Assembly (NCBI GenBank): GCA_965112155.1
Contig: OZ218105.1
Reading direction: 5' to 3' (one strand)
DNA from: Podarcis liolepis
Taxonomy: Eukaryota
DNA length: 64,000 nt
Part shown: in pieces, positions 27,170 to 41,808 of the stretch
Numbering within the stretch: position 1 is the stretch's first letter
Layout: each line of letters opens with the position of its first letter
The notes under the pieces: generated by a model
What the model was told of the DNA's origin: nothing
Databases searched by the model: none
The model's input: only the letters and a program-made list of their open reading frames with translations
Made by a program: the position numbers and the translations under genes

Positions 27170-30100
27170 GTTAAGAGAATTTAGTAATGTAGTTGAAAAT
27201 TCTATAGTATTTGCATTTATTTATATTAAGCACAAAGGCAGTATTTTGTAACACTATTAATATCCTGACCCAGTTAAATTGAAGGACTTGAGTTTAAGAA
27301 GATTTAGACCATGATCCTAAACATATTAAATTGGAAGTAACTTCCATTGATTTATTTTAACAAAGAAATTGTCCTTTTAAACCGAACTTGCATTCAAAAT
27401 AGGAATTGGTAAGAAGAGAACACTGAAGTATTAATCTCAGGTAAAAAAAAGTAAATAGGGCCTTGCTCCCTTTTTTCTTTTGCCATCTTCATGTGAGAAA
27501 GAGATAATATATCTACCACTGCTCATCAAAACATTTCTAATTCCATTCTCTTGACTTGCTATTCTGAGAAAGATAAACCTGTAGACAGAGCTCTGCTTCA
27601 AGCCAGGCAGCACCATCTGCTTTAACAGAGCTGCTAAAATTATTGCAATTGATTGAATAATCCCCAGTGAACTGATACTGGGTATGTGTATGTGTTCAGT
27701 GGGTGATTGGTGGGGAGAATTAACACATATATATGGCAGTAAAGCTTCCCATTTCACTTCTATCCCTGGACATAGAAAAATCTGGACATAGAATGCCTCC
27801 TAAAACAATGTTTTGGGTTTAGACTTAAGGCTTCCATCTTTTACTCACATACATGGGAATAACCCCATTGACCTTACTCCATTACATTCAATGGGGCTTA
27901 TTTCCTTCAAACATGCACAGGATCATGCTGATTTCCCATTGATTTCAAGGGGACATCAACAAACCAGTTAGTGCTGCTAACTTTGGATCCAAAGGACTAA
28001 AATTAGGATAGACAGTAGCCACCTTCATGTGTGAATCATGTGAGGCACTCTGCGATTGCTGGTAGGAATTGGGCTGCTGGACCTGCCCTGAGCACCAGGC
28101 ACACTGCTGGCCATCCCTTCTTGGCATCCATGTGTTGGAGTTGACTGTCTGCAAAGGGAGGGGAAGATTATGTTTGAGCAGTTGCTCCCATGAAGACTTG
28201 GGCAGTGCAAACAGTGCATGCTAAAGCATGGATATCTGAGTGTATGGTCACCAGCATGGCTGATATTGGGAATAGGAGCAAATAATCACATAGTGCTCTC
28301 TCCACTCCTGAACGATGGTTGGTTTTTCCTTTTGCAGACAGTTCAAAGTGCTATGCGTTCTCTTCTGTCACATTACCACCTACAGGTTAGCTGCACATTG
28401 TTCTGCTTCACAGTGATGTGGGGTCAGGAGAGCAGCTTCGCATCACCACTCCATCATCCTGGCTGTTCCTGACCTGAAGTGACTTTGTGGATATAGAGAA
28501 TCTATTAAGAAAATAGATACTTTATTCAAGTATGGGCATGGAAGTTGAAGACTGTTCATTGCAGACAACTTTTGGCAGACCTTTGGTACAGCATATTTCA
28601 ATTTGCTGAAGTATATTAATAAAGACTGACACCCTCACCATGTAAACATTGATTTTAATGTTGTTATGATATATCGGTTGGGCTATGCTGTAAATCTCAG
28701 AGTTTTTTTCTTGCTTACTATTGCAAGTAAACTCTCAGACTATTTTTATTATATTAAAAGGGTACACTGTAGTCTAGTGCAACAAGAATTCTTATCGCTT
28801 CTCCCTGCCCTCTATCCCACCCTCAAATCTGCTTCCGAGGGTTGGGGAAAACACCTAGAACAGATTAAAGGTGTATAGAAGGAAATGAGAGGAAGAGAGC
28901 TTTCCATTGTAAAAGGAGAAATCCTTGCATTGGCAGAAGCAGCAACTTAGCACTATATTGAATACAAGCCTAAGCTGCCTTTTGTTATTTCCATGCTGCC
29001 AAAGAATGCCATGTTTTGGGGCTTCCTGGCAGGATCTGCTGCCAGGTATACTGCCAAAGGAGCTCTTGTCTGCATGTTGGGCAAGTTGTGGAGGCTGGAT
29101 TAGCTGGTAGTGCCAAGTGAAGGGGCAACTCCATTCAATTCAGAGTCTCCACAGCCATGTGTAATGGGTGTGTCTGTAGATTGCTCTAGCAATCTTTAAA
29201 AACTGTGGCTTGTCATTTTCATTTGAAATCCTAACTCTGCTGCCATAGGAAGATGGAAGTTTAAGGAATGCTAAGCCTATTTCATATATTATAGCTTATT
29301 GTTTTTATTTATTTCATATGGGATACTTTGATATATTATAACTTACCGGTACATGTTTGACAGCATCCTTTAAAAGTTTTCTAGGTTTTAGAATCTGTGT
29401 ATAATATGTATATAAAATGTATATATTCCACTTGAGCATAACATTGCATGGCTCTAAGCAGGCTATACTCCATGGAAGCTTATGCCATAGTATCAATATC
29501 TTAGTCTTTAAATTGCCATAAGTCTCTCTTTTTCTGATGCAACAGACTTGCTCTGGTTGACTTACAATAATAACTGTCTACAATAATAACTTTTAAGATA
29601 TTGATGTTGTTAGTCATCAGCGGCCAATGTGGAAATACAATTGGACAAAAATATTGAGCAACAGATGAATGTAACTACACCTCTGGATTTGGTTGCAAAC
29701 AGCTGCAAACTGAAAACAAAACACTAGCACTGCATTTTTCTGAAACAGGATTGTAGCCAGTGAAGCAGTTCTGTTTGTGCAAGGACATCCATTTATGCAA
29801 TGAAACTTCGCTTCCCTCTCCTCTCCTCTGTGCCAGTGAACCCTGGGATCACTGCCACAGGGGGGCATGGGTCACCACTTCACCCCCCCCCCATTAAGGG
29901 AAGATAGACTAAAGGATTCCGCCCAATGCCTGAAACCGTCAAAGTTGTGATGTTTTGCTACGGGGAAGGCAAAATCTGCCAATGCAGGAAAATTCCTTTC
30001 CGGCCCTTCAACAGCGACCAATATGTAGCAGGGTCTGTGTACCTGTTGAGAAGAGGTTAACTTGCAACGGAAGGCTTAACTGAGGGAGGGCAGGGTGGGA

Positions 30101-33038
30101 GAAGCTCTGGAGCCAACTGGTGATTCCCAGGTAAGATCCACCCTCTATTGTGTAGGTATGGTGGTCCTGCCCCCTACCTGGCCAGGTCTCCTGGCAACGC
30201 CTCCCCAGGTGGGATTGGGCAACTGCTCGAGGTAGACAGAGACCTCCAGATATTCAGCCTGGAGAGGCCGAAGCCAGGCTATATGGCCAGGAGCCGCATA
30301 GGATCCGGGGGGCTGTGCGCAACCACCCAAAAGGCGCCTCCCCATTTGATGTGGGGAGTGGTCATTATGCTTACAGAAATTTATTGTGTGAATGGGATGA
30401 CTTTGTTGGATACAACCCAAAGCTTTCTGACTTCTTTTTTTTTTAAAGAAATACAGTGCTTTAAGGGGAAATTAAGTGGCATCACCACCAGCTTTAGCCA
30501 CCTTAGCCCAAAGCATCTAGGTGTTGAATAATAATAATAATAATAGTTTTGCCAACATAAAGGGGGAAATGCCAAGAAGAACTGTGCAAACAGATATCCC
30601 TAGTATTGCTTTTCACCATGTTCAGCACCATGAATTTCTATAGCCATAAAAGACGGCTTGAATGTGTATGTTTGCAAATGCTGATTTTTTTTACTTCATC
30701 TATAGCACTTGGGAACTGGGATGAGCAGGCAAGAAATCCAACAAGATATATTATGTCACCACTAATTCAGGAATTAGAATTTGTTGAATTGACTTAAGCC
30801 TTTAAGAAGTAAAACTGATATAGTTGCTAAACTGGAAATCTAGGGAATAATATCAGAATCAAGTAGCCATAATCTACAATTATAGGTTCATATTCTTAAA
30901 AGCTTTTAAAGTCTCAAAAGCAGGAAATTCAAAAATAGCAAATTGCAGGTGCTGAGGGTGGGGCTGTCTCCTGTTTTTTATTTTTAAAAGAAATATTTAT
31001 TCATCAACAATTTAATGACTATGGAACTCCTATATTTCTTCTTCTGTAGGTGCTAAAGGGCATTTTAATAAAATGTTTAACCACCATAATTAGCTTAAGT
31101 TATGGAATACCCCAAACAAATGAAGAGCAGTTTAGGAGTTGTTCTGAGGAACATTTTGTGCTGCTGCTGTTTTGTTAAATATTTGCAGAAAACATGATTT
31201 GCATCATTTGCAAGTTACATAAACCTTTAGTAATTATGGCCCAAGGTATTATCCCTAAGTAATTTAAGTAATTCCCAAAGAGTGCTTCTTGGTGTACCAT
31301 GCATTAATCATCTGTTGTGTCTATTATGAAATGCAAAAGCAATTAAGTTGATCTGTTGTGAGAATAGTTATTGCCAGGTTTGCAAGGGGAAAAAACACTT
31401 AAAAAAACACAACATTGGTGTTATTACCAATGAAGAACAATCTTTTCTATGCTAGGGAAAAATACTGTATTAAGCCAAAAATGGTTCGGCCTTCTAAAAT
31501 AAAAAGGAAAAACATGTAACAAAATAATAGAGCCAAGATAAACAATAAACGGAAAGCATTTTTACAAGCAACAATACACCGTGATCTGTAGAATAGTAAA
31601 ACAGTGTATATTAATTTCATTTTCAGTGGCATAAATAAAGATTACAGATTTACAAGAGAGTTGAAAGACAGGACTATGATGTCACAAATCAAACCAGAAA
31701 GACTACCCCAAATATGATGTGTATTAAGGAGAGAGGTGGTGCGCTGTGGTGGCACTTAGATAAAAAAAAGTCCTGGGTTCTATGGACTTTGGCTATTGTG
31801 AAAAAAAAAAAAAAACATAAATTGTGTATCTCCTGGGAGATGAAGGATCCAGAATGCTTTTATGCCATCTGGTGGGATTTTATTTCCTATACTTCAGACT
31901 TAGATACCCAACATTCGCCAGCTATGCCAGGATGACAGGAATAAGTAGGGCTGCAGAGGATGGACAGCTTCATACAACAAGTGCCGACATCCAATCAATA
32001 TGAGACCCTGCTCCTAGTGGCATCAGTCATGAAAGGTGAGGCGGGATGGAGCAGCATCACTGCAGCTTACTTGGACAATGCTGAGGTGGGGCAAGGCTTC
32101 ATTCTGGTCAGCACTGCATGGCTCCATTCACAACAGTGCCAGATGGCTCTATTGATGCACCTGCACAGCCCTGGCCCCACTACTGTCCTAACCTGTACCA
32201 GCCCCATCCAGGTAAGCTGCAGGGTCAAGGGGGCTAGATCTGTTCCACCACACTGGCTGCTGTTGCTCATTGTGTGATCACAGTGATGCTACATGTTAGT
32301 TGACCATAAGTGTGGCTCATTTGCCCTTATCTGCAGAAGAACGCTTCATATCTTTCAACAGGCATAGAGAGCTTTCCCCTGTTCTGTTCCTTCAAATTGT
32401 TTCTCAGTTTTACTCTGCCCTGCAGTTCATTCATCTCAATCAAAGAACCACATTTTCTACACTGGGAGCATGTCCAGTCAGTGTACAGTTCCTTCAGCTC
32501 ATTTCCATCTTTGCCAGCCCTTGTTGCAGATATGCACCTGTTCATTGATAAAACACCTGCAAAAAAGCAATCTTGATGCGATCATGCCTTGGATTCTATC
32601 CAGGTTCTCTTTGTTGACTGTTTTATTGATGCACACTGTTAAACATATAAGTTCAATGCATAAAGTGCTGTGTTTGAATGCATTGTATTTAAAATGTTAT
32701 GCAGAGAGGTTTGCATTAGGCACGATAAGTTTGTCTATAGCAGATGTAGCAAGGTGAGTGTTTAAGGCTAATTGATGACTCGCTGTAATCTCTCAGCAGG
32801 AAGATGAAACCTGAGAACTGAGCATCTAAGTTAGTTGAAGTAACAGCAGCAGAAGTTCAGCTTAGTGACCCTGAGAAGCAAGAAAAGCAAGATGCTTGCA
32901 TAGGATCTTTCTCTGGAACCAGAGTGAGATGTTATTGAACTGTACTCAAGGTTATAAAGAAGGCTGGACCACATTTCTAGTTTGTTAAAGAGCAATGTGT
33001 CACAAAATAAAGCATTGCAAAATACAAAAGAACTAGAC

Positions 33039-33223
33039 CAGGGGTTGTCAACCTGGTCCCTACCGCCCACTAGTGGGCGTTTCAGGATTCTAGGTGGGTG
33101 GTAGGGGGTTCTACGGCACAAGCTGAATCCTCCTTCCATTGAGAACTGGTGGGCGGTAAGGAAATGTTACCATCAAGAAAGATGCATTAGTGGTGGTAGG
33201 TATAAAAAGGTTGACTACCCCTG
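33039..33223. mobile_element. hAT MITE
   Basis: TIRs CAGGGGTTGTCAACC / GGTTGACTACCCCTG and 8-bp TSD A(A/G)CTAGAC. Confidence 0.85.
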
Positions 33224-34397
33224 AGCTAGACAGTTTTGCAGTAAAGCTTTTCGGAACTCATTCTTGTGGTGGAACTCATTCATTTCTATTCTGCACAAGG
33301 TCCAGATCAGGGATTCTGCTTGCCATATCTTTAACAGCACACATGTGCTCCTGCACACTGGTAAGCAACACAAAAGAACCCCTATTCAACCATACATATA
33401 TTCAGAGCAACTTTGCTTCTGTGCTGTGTTTTTCAATGCACACAGAAGGGCAGATTATGATGGAGCAATTGCTCCAGAATCCTCACTATTTGTGGGGCGC
33501 ACTGCTTCATTGCTGCCTTGAATAGGGACCATTGCCTTTTGGCTAACACAACATCTACTGATGCTGCTGTCTGACACACACACATTCCTAACCAGGTGCG
33601 CAGGAACAAAACTTAACACAAGCAAACTGAGAATAAGCCCTATAAAGTAGCAGCAGCAGTAACTATATCTAATTGTTAACCCCATCCATACTAAAAGATG
33701 ATGTTTTAATCAAATGAACCCACCCCTCTCTAGTCTCCTGCTGCAATGGAGCAGAGGAGCATCTTGTCTCATTAGCTGATCAACAGTGGAGTCTGGTGAG
33801 GATGGCAGTCCCACATCCCCAGGCCAGAGGGGTGCTGGTCTCCCAGGCTCATCTGGTAACAGCACTTCTGAGGCTGGCCCTATGTGCCATTCTTTTCCTT
33901 GTTTAGAATTCTCAATTCCGTCACCTGAAGTTAAGGAAGCCGACTCCTGGTCCCTAACAATTGGTGCTATAGAGGGTGGAGGAAAAACATGAATGAACTG
34001 AAATCTTTGGTATGAGCAGAAATCTGTACACAATTGGGAACTAAATAGAATATAACAGTGGGAAACACCTAATGCATCAGTTCCATGGGTGGGGGAGAAC
34101 AACCCACAATTAATTCATAACTTCAAAAGCTGTGGGGAAATTTACATGAGCTGAGTTTTGGAAGCATCCCTACCTGCAAGTCAACCAGAATGTAGAGTGA
34201 TCTGTGCCTTCCTAATGTTACTACAGTACACCAAAAGGAGGCACGCTAAGACAAGGAAAACTGCAAGGCCATTTTCAAGATGATACACTGGAGGAGGTTT
34301 TGCATAAATCTATGTCCCACAGGACGTACACTTTTCACCTTGACCCCTTAATCAAAGCTTTTGCCTTGTAAAGTACTGCCCACTTGTTGCTTTCAAT

Positions 34398-34560
34398 ACC
34401 TATTTATCTGCTTGCACTGCTGTGCTTTCGAACTGCTAGCTTGGCTGAAGCTGGGACAGAGCAATGGGAACTCACCCCGTTGCACGGATTCAAACAGCCA
34501 ACCTTCTGATCAGCAAGCCAAAGAGGATCAGTGGGTTAGACCACAGCGCCTCCCACTCCC
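34398..34560 (-). mobile_element. Sauria SINE 5' half (diverged)
   Basis: Aligns by eye to 15870-16033. Confidence 0.75.
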
Positions 34561-37500
34561 TACCTTTTTACTTGTTGCTTTCATATAAAACCTGCTTTTT
34601 TTCAAAAACGGAGGCAATTTTTAAAAACAAAAACAAAAGAGAGAGATGTCTGCAGCTTTTAATGGTAAATGACATGGCATTAATGAGTGTCTAAATGTTT
34701 CAGAGCTACAAAGACATGTGATGTTACTCTAAAGTACTTGCTTTTCAACTCACTAGGGGCAACTTCATTTAACAGATCAACAGCTTTTGTGTACTGCTGT
34801 GTGTGCTGTTTTCCATTTTATGTCCTCTCTGTTTTTCCTCCAGTAAAAAAAGAAGGTCTGTAGGCACAGTATTATTTACCTGCAAATAACGTCAGTGGGA
34901 ATAATTGCAAGGAAGTGATGGTGTCTGGACTGTGGTCAATGAGATTTAAACAGAAGCTGAGGTGATGCTGCTTTCCCCCCATTTTTAATTTATTCCCTCC
35001 ACCCTACTTTTTGGATAAGAAAGAACAAGAATAGCCATGAGCAAAAAAGTAACCTTCAGTCTGGAGCTAAATCAAAGACAACAGATTAGAATAGATAACT
35101 CCTGTTTAATATTCTCTAATATTCAAATATGATGTTATTTGTATTTTATTGCATATTTTAACTGTATTCTGATGTACATTTTAAAAAATTGCTCTCTGTT
35201 TTAAAACTGATGTTTTATTTAAATGTTCTAAGCCTCCTTGGAATCCCAACTTGAGAGAAAGGTGGGGTATAAATATTTTAAATAAGTACAATAAGTAAAA
35301 TGTCGATCCTCCCATCTTTTTTCATGATGAATGTATGTGTAAGATTGGATGGAGGATGCACCATATGATAAAAAAGTCAGTATTTTGAAGAGAACATGTC
35401 TGTTGGAAATCCTGTAGCATCTACCACTTAATATGATTATTATTTTTTCAGTGTGAAACTCCCTATCTTCAAAGGCAACTGGATCTTATTGGGAAACATT
35501 ACTTTTGCTCAGCATTACCAGCACCGGCAAGTGGCATGATGTGGCCCTGGGGTCCTGGCAGGACCCACTGCTACTGGGATGCCAGCCAGCCAGGGACTCC
35601 CAGCAAGTACTGAGAGGTAATGGCTGCACCATTGAACACAGCTTCCAGGCTGTATGCATGTGCAATTGCCATGTTGGCGACAACAACCCAATCCCTAATT
35701 TATGCACATCGGGTTACTGTTACCAATGTTGTATGCCTTTCCTTCATTTGGAATTTTCTTCTATTTGCTCCAAATTTGGGAAGTGAATGTTACTCAAGTA
35801 CATGTGGCATGCTGGAAATGATCTAGGGCTGTGAACACATCTGCACCTTCCAACAGGGTTATCTGTGCCACACTGCTGTCCTTTGACAAGGCCAATTTGG
35901 GTGCAGAGCTATGCCTCCATGGCTGTGTTTTCTGCTGAGCTATGCCGCACACATTTTTTTTGCTTCCCATGGCACTGTGACTGGGCTCTTGTAAATGTTT
36001 CTGCCCTGCAAATATCAACAGCTTGGGCAAGTGTTAAGTTGGAATTTTCTTTTTAGCTAGACATCTGTAACACTGAACACAATCTTGCCACTCAGCATGG
36101 GGTCTCTGCAGCTTCAGATTCACAGCCTCTAGTATTTGGTCCTGACTCTGTTATAGACTTATCAAATGCATTCTTCAAAAACTGGTACCTTTTTAAGATG
36201 GGACACTGGTTGCGAATACACTAACCCGTTTGTAGCACACAAAAAATGTAGTTTTGCTCAATGTGGAATTGTTTATGCTTGCCCTTGACATACTGCTTTC
36301 CATCTAGATTTATTCTAGATCCTGCCGTCCACAAGGCTGGGTGCAGTTCCTTGATGTGTGTTTGAAAACCCTCCTCTGGATTAAGCTATACATGCCCTTT
36401 CTCCCCTGTACATCCTCCATGTGAATGATGAAGAAAATGGTGATTGCTGTCTTGGTATATATCCACAACATCATTGCGTAGGTGTGTATACCCCCCCCCA
36501 TTTATTGGGTGGGACCACCTACATCTGTTTTCAAATAGACACATTATGGAGTAATACAGAACCAATCTGCAATGAGCTTTTAATTTCCAAATGAAACCGG
36601 TTTCTCAAGAATCACTTTTCAGGGGCAAAAAATATGCATTAGATCTATGGATTCTCTAGATAACATGAGTACTTAATCTTCATTGATTCTATAATGTCAT
36701 GTGTATACAGCCTCTTTCTCCATTTGCAATAATTTCTCAAAGCTCTCAAGACTTCTGCTGGAGCTTATTTTGTGGCATCTGCTAGACTTTCTGCACATTA
36801 CTGCGAAATTCCACTGCAGTGCCTCCAATAACATGAAGTATGAGAATAATTAAAATGCTTCTGGGTGAGATATGGCTTTAGACCCTGCCAGGTAAACCAG
36901 AAACTTGTGTGCTCACTTTCTTCAGTTTTCCCATAGCCTTCCTGGTAAGCATAACTTACCTGCTGGTAGCTTTACATATTCTGTTTGTGACTGCATTCAC
37001 CTGGGCAGGGTTGGGGAACACCTTGTTTAGACCATGTGTCTCATTCTCTTATAGGCAAATTAACAAGAGTCCCATGCCAATGGTGGGTGGGGCCAGAGCC
37101 AAAAGTGAGTGCAGTGACAAATGTAAATTGTATGCAGTAGTTTTTGCACATAGCCCCCTGTCTATCCTGCTTCCAGCAATCAAGAAACATCTTCAAATTT
37201 TAAGAACACATTACAGCTAGGCAAAAACAGAGTGCAAATCAGGTCCAGGTAGAAGTATGATATGGAGACGGTTATGAGGCCCAAATAGTTGAGCTCCCCA
37301 AATTGAAGGTTACCCACCTTTGCATTAGGGCCTGCTGTCTTGCAGCTTAGAGAGTTATTGACTCGGGGATCAATCCTCACAGGTGCTTGGGAGGAAGATT
37401 TAAGGTAAGTGGAGGTAGCTGCTCCATCTCCCCACACCTCGCATTTTTTGCATGATCTTGCAGCTGCAAGAAGAATAAGCTTCAAGGTTAGGAGTCTTTG

Positions 37501-38650
37501 GGAATCAGCAGTGGAACCTTCCCTATTTTCATCAGAGAAATGTTGGAGGGTTTGGAGTTATGCGACCCCCGAGCCAAGGAGATAAGTAGCTATACAACCT
37601 TTAGAAGTCATATGAAGGCAGCCCTGTATAATTTTATTAAGTTTTCATATATGCTGGAAGCTGCCTAGAGTGACTGGGGATGTCCCTATTTTCACCACAG
37701 AAATTTAGCAGGGTATGTTGGCAGGTCCCCAGCAATAACAGTGGCCAGTGTGGTATAGTGTTTGGGTGTTGGACTAGGACCTGGGAGACCAGGGCTCATA
37801 TTCCACTCAGCCATGAAGCTCCCTGACCTTGGGCCTGTCACAGTTTTACAGCCTAACTAATTTTGAAGGGTTGTTGTGATCATGGGATGTGTAGGGAAAG
37901 ACCCATGTGCAGCACTTTGAGATCCTTGGAGGGTAGGAGAGATAGAAATTGTAATAATAATTAAAAAAAACCTTGTCAGCCGCAGATGCTGGCTTGATGC
38001 CAATGCTGGTAACTGCCTCACCATGACATTTTGTCAGGAATACATTGTGTGTTTGTAAATATTCTGATATAAGCAAAGGCAAAAGCTATAGATGCATCAT
38101 TTAAATTCCTATGCTATCAGGCAAGTCAGAGAAATAGTTTGCAAACGCTATTATTCTGCATGTAAGACCCAATGGAAACATTGTCAGTCAAAGGAAAGTA
38201 AGGCTGAGCAGTTAAAATAGTTCATAATCATCATGCTGCAGTTGTTCTAAATCTTCATCCACACAAGGCCAAACTTTAAACAGGGAGCTGACTGGGCTAA
38301 AATGAAAAAAAGACATTTTGACAACTGAACACCTTGTGAATTATGATTGCATCCAAAGCGGGCAAATGGAATATATATAAGGAATGGAAATTAATAGTAT
38401 CTTAAATCAGTAGAAGAAAAGACCACACATATAGCAGGGGTGAGTAATCTGTGGCCCTCCAGATATTGCTGAACAGAAGCTTACGTCATCCCTAACCATT
38501 TGCCATGTTGACTGGGGTTGAGGGAAGCTGGGGACCAACACCATCTAGAAGGCTGTAAGTCGGCCACCCCGGCTATATAGAATTTGCTGCCAAATAATGG
38601 TCTATGAGAATATTCAGGAGTTACATTATTGTTTCTTCATTAATGTACAG

Positions 38651-39085
38651 CAGGGGTAGGGAATCTCAGACCTGCTGGCCAAATGTACCCCCAGGCCCCT
38701 CTTTCCAATCCTCATAACTTCCCCAGGTCACATTCGCTTTCCCCAGACCCTACACTTTACTGGCCCTGTTTTATATCCCATTTTATGTGTGGGTGAGGCA
38801 ATTGAAAAGCTGCATCCAGGCCTGGGGCTTAATGCAACCAATCAGGCCTCTATAGCTTGCCTTCAGGATTCTTATCAGGCCACACCTTCTATCCCCAGGC
38901 TGTGTCCTTCAGTGGATCTGGTCCATGCTCTTTTCAAATGCTTTTATGCAGCCCTCTATACATATAATTCATTGCTCATTGCCCACTTTTCCATCTGGCC
39001 TCATTCACTACTGACATGTGGCCCTCAAAAAGTTGCCCAAGAGGGAAAGTGGCCCTCAAACTGAAAAAGGTTCCCCACACCTATG
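38651..39085. mobile_element. Degenerate hAT-like MITE
   Basis: CAGGGGTAGGGAA start and GGTTCCCCACACCT end. Confidence 0.5.
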
Positions 39086-39140
39086 CACAGAAAGGTGAAA
39101 GGAAATTATACATATCACCATTTAATGCATTATTATAATG

Positions 39141-39897
39141 CAGTGGTGTCCAAACTTTTTTCAAAGAGGGCCAGATCTGATGAAGTGAACTTGCGTGAGG
39201 GCCAGCCAAAATTATCGAGCTTTTTTTTTAGGATTTTGTCCCAAAAGTGTTGAGCTTTTTTTAGGACTGCTCCCCACAGAAATTGTTTAACTTACATTTA
39301 CACTTAGGTGTTGAGGAGACAGAAGAGAACAGTGATTGTGGTCAAACTTCAAAGAAACAAGCTCTCCATTGTTATTGGCATCTCCTTTCCTGGGCTGCTT
39401 CAACTCCTGAGACTCTACTGCATCCTTTGTCAACCTGTTGCCCTTGTATGAAGTCTTGGGTTTGCAATTTTGGGAGAGGGGAGACTGTCCACTGGAGAGC
39501 GGGTGGGCTGGCAAGGCCCCCTAGATTTAGAGGCCCTAGGCTTCAGCCTACTTAGCCTATACATAAATCCAGCACTGGGTCAATGACGCAGCCGCCCCTC
39601 TGCCACTGCCATCGCTGCAGCATCAATGTCCCGAATGTGTACTGTAGTATTTATTTATTTATTTAGCCACCCCCTGGCCGACCAGATTGGTTAACCCAAG
39701 GGGTGACGCAGCCACGCACCCTGCCCCCCCCCCGTGCAGAGGGGAGAGCTTGTGATGAGCCTGCAAAAAGCAAATGGCTTTGGTGGGCAGGTGCTCGGAG
39801 GCCACAAGAGATTGCTTTTTCAAAATTGCCTGGGGGGCCATTTGAAACCAGACTGGGGGCCGCAAGTGGCCCCCAGGCTGGACTTTGGACATGCCTG
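39141..39897. mobile_element. hAT non-autonomous element
   Basis: TIRs CAGTGGTGTCCAAAC / CTTTGGACATGCCTG and perfect 8-bp TSD TTATAATG (39133-39140 and 39898-39905). Confidence 0.85.
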
Positions 39898-40139
39898 TTA
39901 TAATGGGATTAGTTTCTCTCTTTTTTAAAATGAAAGTTGGAGCTATGCCTTGAAACTGATGCACTCTTGAACTCTGTGGGCTTCACTGATACTTGTATGG
40001 CTATTGCCTATGCTGACAGCATTCTTTTTAAACTTCTTTGAGTAAAAGAGATAGTTTTGTAATGGTGAAATAATGCTGCCAGCATAGGCAATTGCCATAC
40101 AGGTATTAGTGAAGGTGCTAGAGTTCAAGAACTTAAAAG

Positions 40140-40830
40140 TGCATCAGTCATTTCCTGCATTCATCCTGCAACTGTTGGCTACTTGTGTATACTCCTCCTC
40201 TGTGATTTCCCCTTTCTTCCATTTCTTATACATGCCCTTCTTAACTTTTAACTCCCCTGTAAGCTCCTTATGCAGCCACACTGGTTTCCTTAGATGCCTC
40301 TCACTTTTCTTTCTTGTTAGAATCGTCTGCATTTGGGCCTTCAATACTTCACCTTTAAGAAACTCCCAAGCATCTTGGACTCCCTTCTCTTTGAGTATTT
40401 CTGACAATGGGTTCTCCTTTAGCTTTTTGAAACTGGCCTTCTTAAAGACCAGTGTGCATGTCTCACTGTACTGAGCTTTCCCATGGCTCTGTCCCATGAA
40501 ACCCAGGAGGGCATGATCACTTCCTCCCAAGGTTCCCAGTACTTCCACTTGGTTGATGAGTTCCTCCCTGATGGCAAGGACCAGGTTCAAGAAAGATAAA
40601 CCCCTTGATGCTTCTTCCACCTTATGGGAAATGAAATTGTCAGAGAGGTAGCAGAGGATTTTGTTGCTCCTTACATTCTTGGCAGAGTTTGAGTTCCAAC
40701 AGATAATCAGGGTAGTTGAAGTCTCCCATGACGCCTATATCTCTCCTTTTTGTTTGGTAATCTGCTCTAGGAATGCATCGTCCAAGTCTTCAATCAGTCT
40801 TGGAGGTCTGGATCCTCCATCACTGCTCCT
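40140..40830 (-). pseudogene. CR1 LINE ORF2 endonuclease/linker fragment
   Basis: MGDFNYP..., LNLVL..REELI..VEV.GTLGGSDH and KPVWL..EL...LK.KK.MYKKWK.G motifs, with frameshifts. Confidence 0.85.
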
Positions 40831-41016
40831 CATGGGAATAAATTCCACAATTTAGTGTGACAGGGAAACTCTTGTCAGCAGATATTTAATTGGAATCATT
40901 CTTGCTTTCTTTTAGATGTGTTTTAAAAACTGCATTGTTCAGACAGGCCTTTGTAAGTTCACATTTTTTACCAACCAGTTTTGATTGACAAGTTACTGAA
41001 GTTTTAGGAAAGCAAT

Positions 41017-41808
41017 TGTCAGAGCTGCTTGAAGATCCTAGCTCACAGAGGATCACGCTAGCCAGCGGTCATTAAGTAAAAGTCTTTATTGAATTACAGT
41101 TTCCATTCTCACGCTGCTGCGCGCAACTCTACGCCTAGTAGCTAGGTCGGCGAAGCTCCGTCTGAGTCTCCGCCCTGTGTGCACCAACTTAATATCCTAG
41201 CCTTGCTCCACCTTTTCCTCCTGACTGTCCTCCTCTGGGTCCCTCTACCCCCCGGGGCTTCTTCCTTCCGGGATTCTTCTGACGCTGACCCAGACCCTCC
41301 TGCCTCCTTGCGCCGGGCTTTAGGACCTGGCTCTCTTTCGGGGCTGCTTACTGCGCCGCCTTCCTCTGCATTTGAACTTGGCGCGCGCGCCCAACCTTCC
41401 ACTTTCCTCTCAACCGTTTCTTCGCTCCCCGATGGAGGTGTGGCCATCCCCGACTCATGTCCTCCCTCCTGTGGAGGTGTGGCCACTCCTGACTCATGTC
41501 CTCCCTCCTGTGGTGAGCTGCCAGCGCTTCCCCCCTGGCTCCCTTCCTCTTCCCTGCTTCCTGGCGGTGACGCTGGTCCCGATTTCCAGCTGCTCCCCCC
41601 TGAGTCCTCTCTGGCTCTGTCTTCCTGGGGTGCCCCCCTAGACTCCCCCCTTGCCCTCGCCACTGGTGCTCCTTTCTGTGAATCCTCTGATTCACTGGAA
41701 AGACTAGGAGATCTCGGGTCGTCGTCGTCACTCATCTTTTCTTCTGCCTCCTCCCCTTCGCTCTCTGTTTCCTCCCTTGCCCGTGCTTCTGCTCCTAAAC
41801 CCCTGACA
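41017..41808 (-). repeat. 3' LTR
   Basis: Copy of the 5' LTR, preceded on the minus strand by the polypurine tract. AATAAA at 41090-41085. Confidence 0.97.

Noticed and set aside
32756-32797. GTGAGT...CAG mini-intron-like signal
   Set aside because: About 40 nt is too short for a vertebrate intron, and the flanks show no coding signal.
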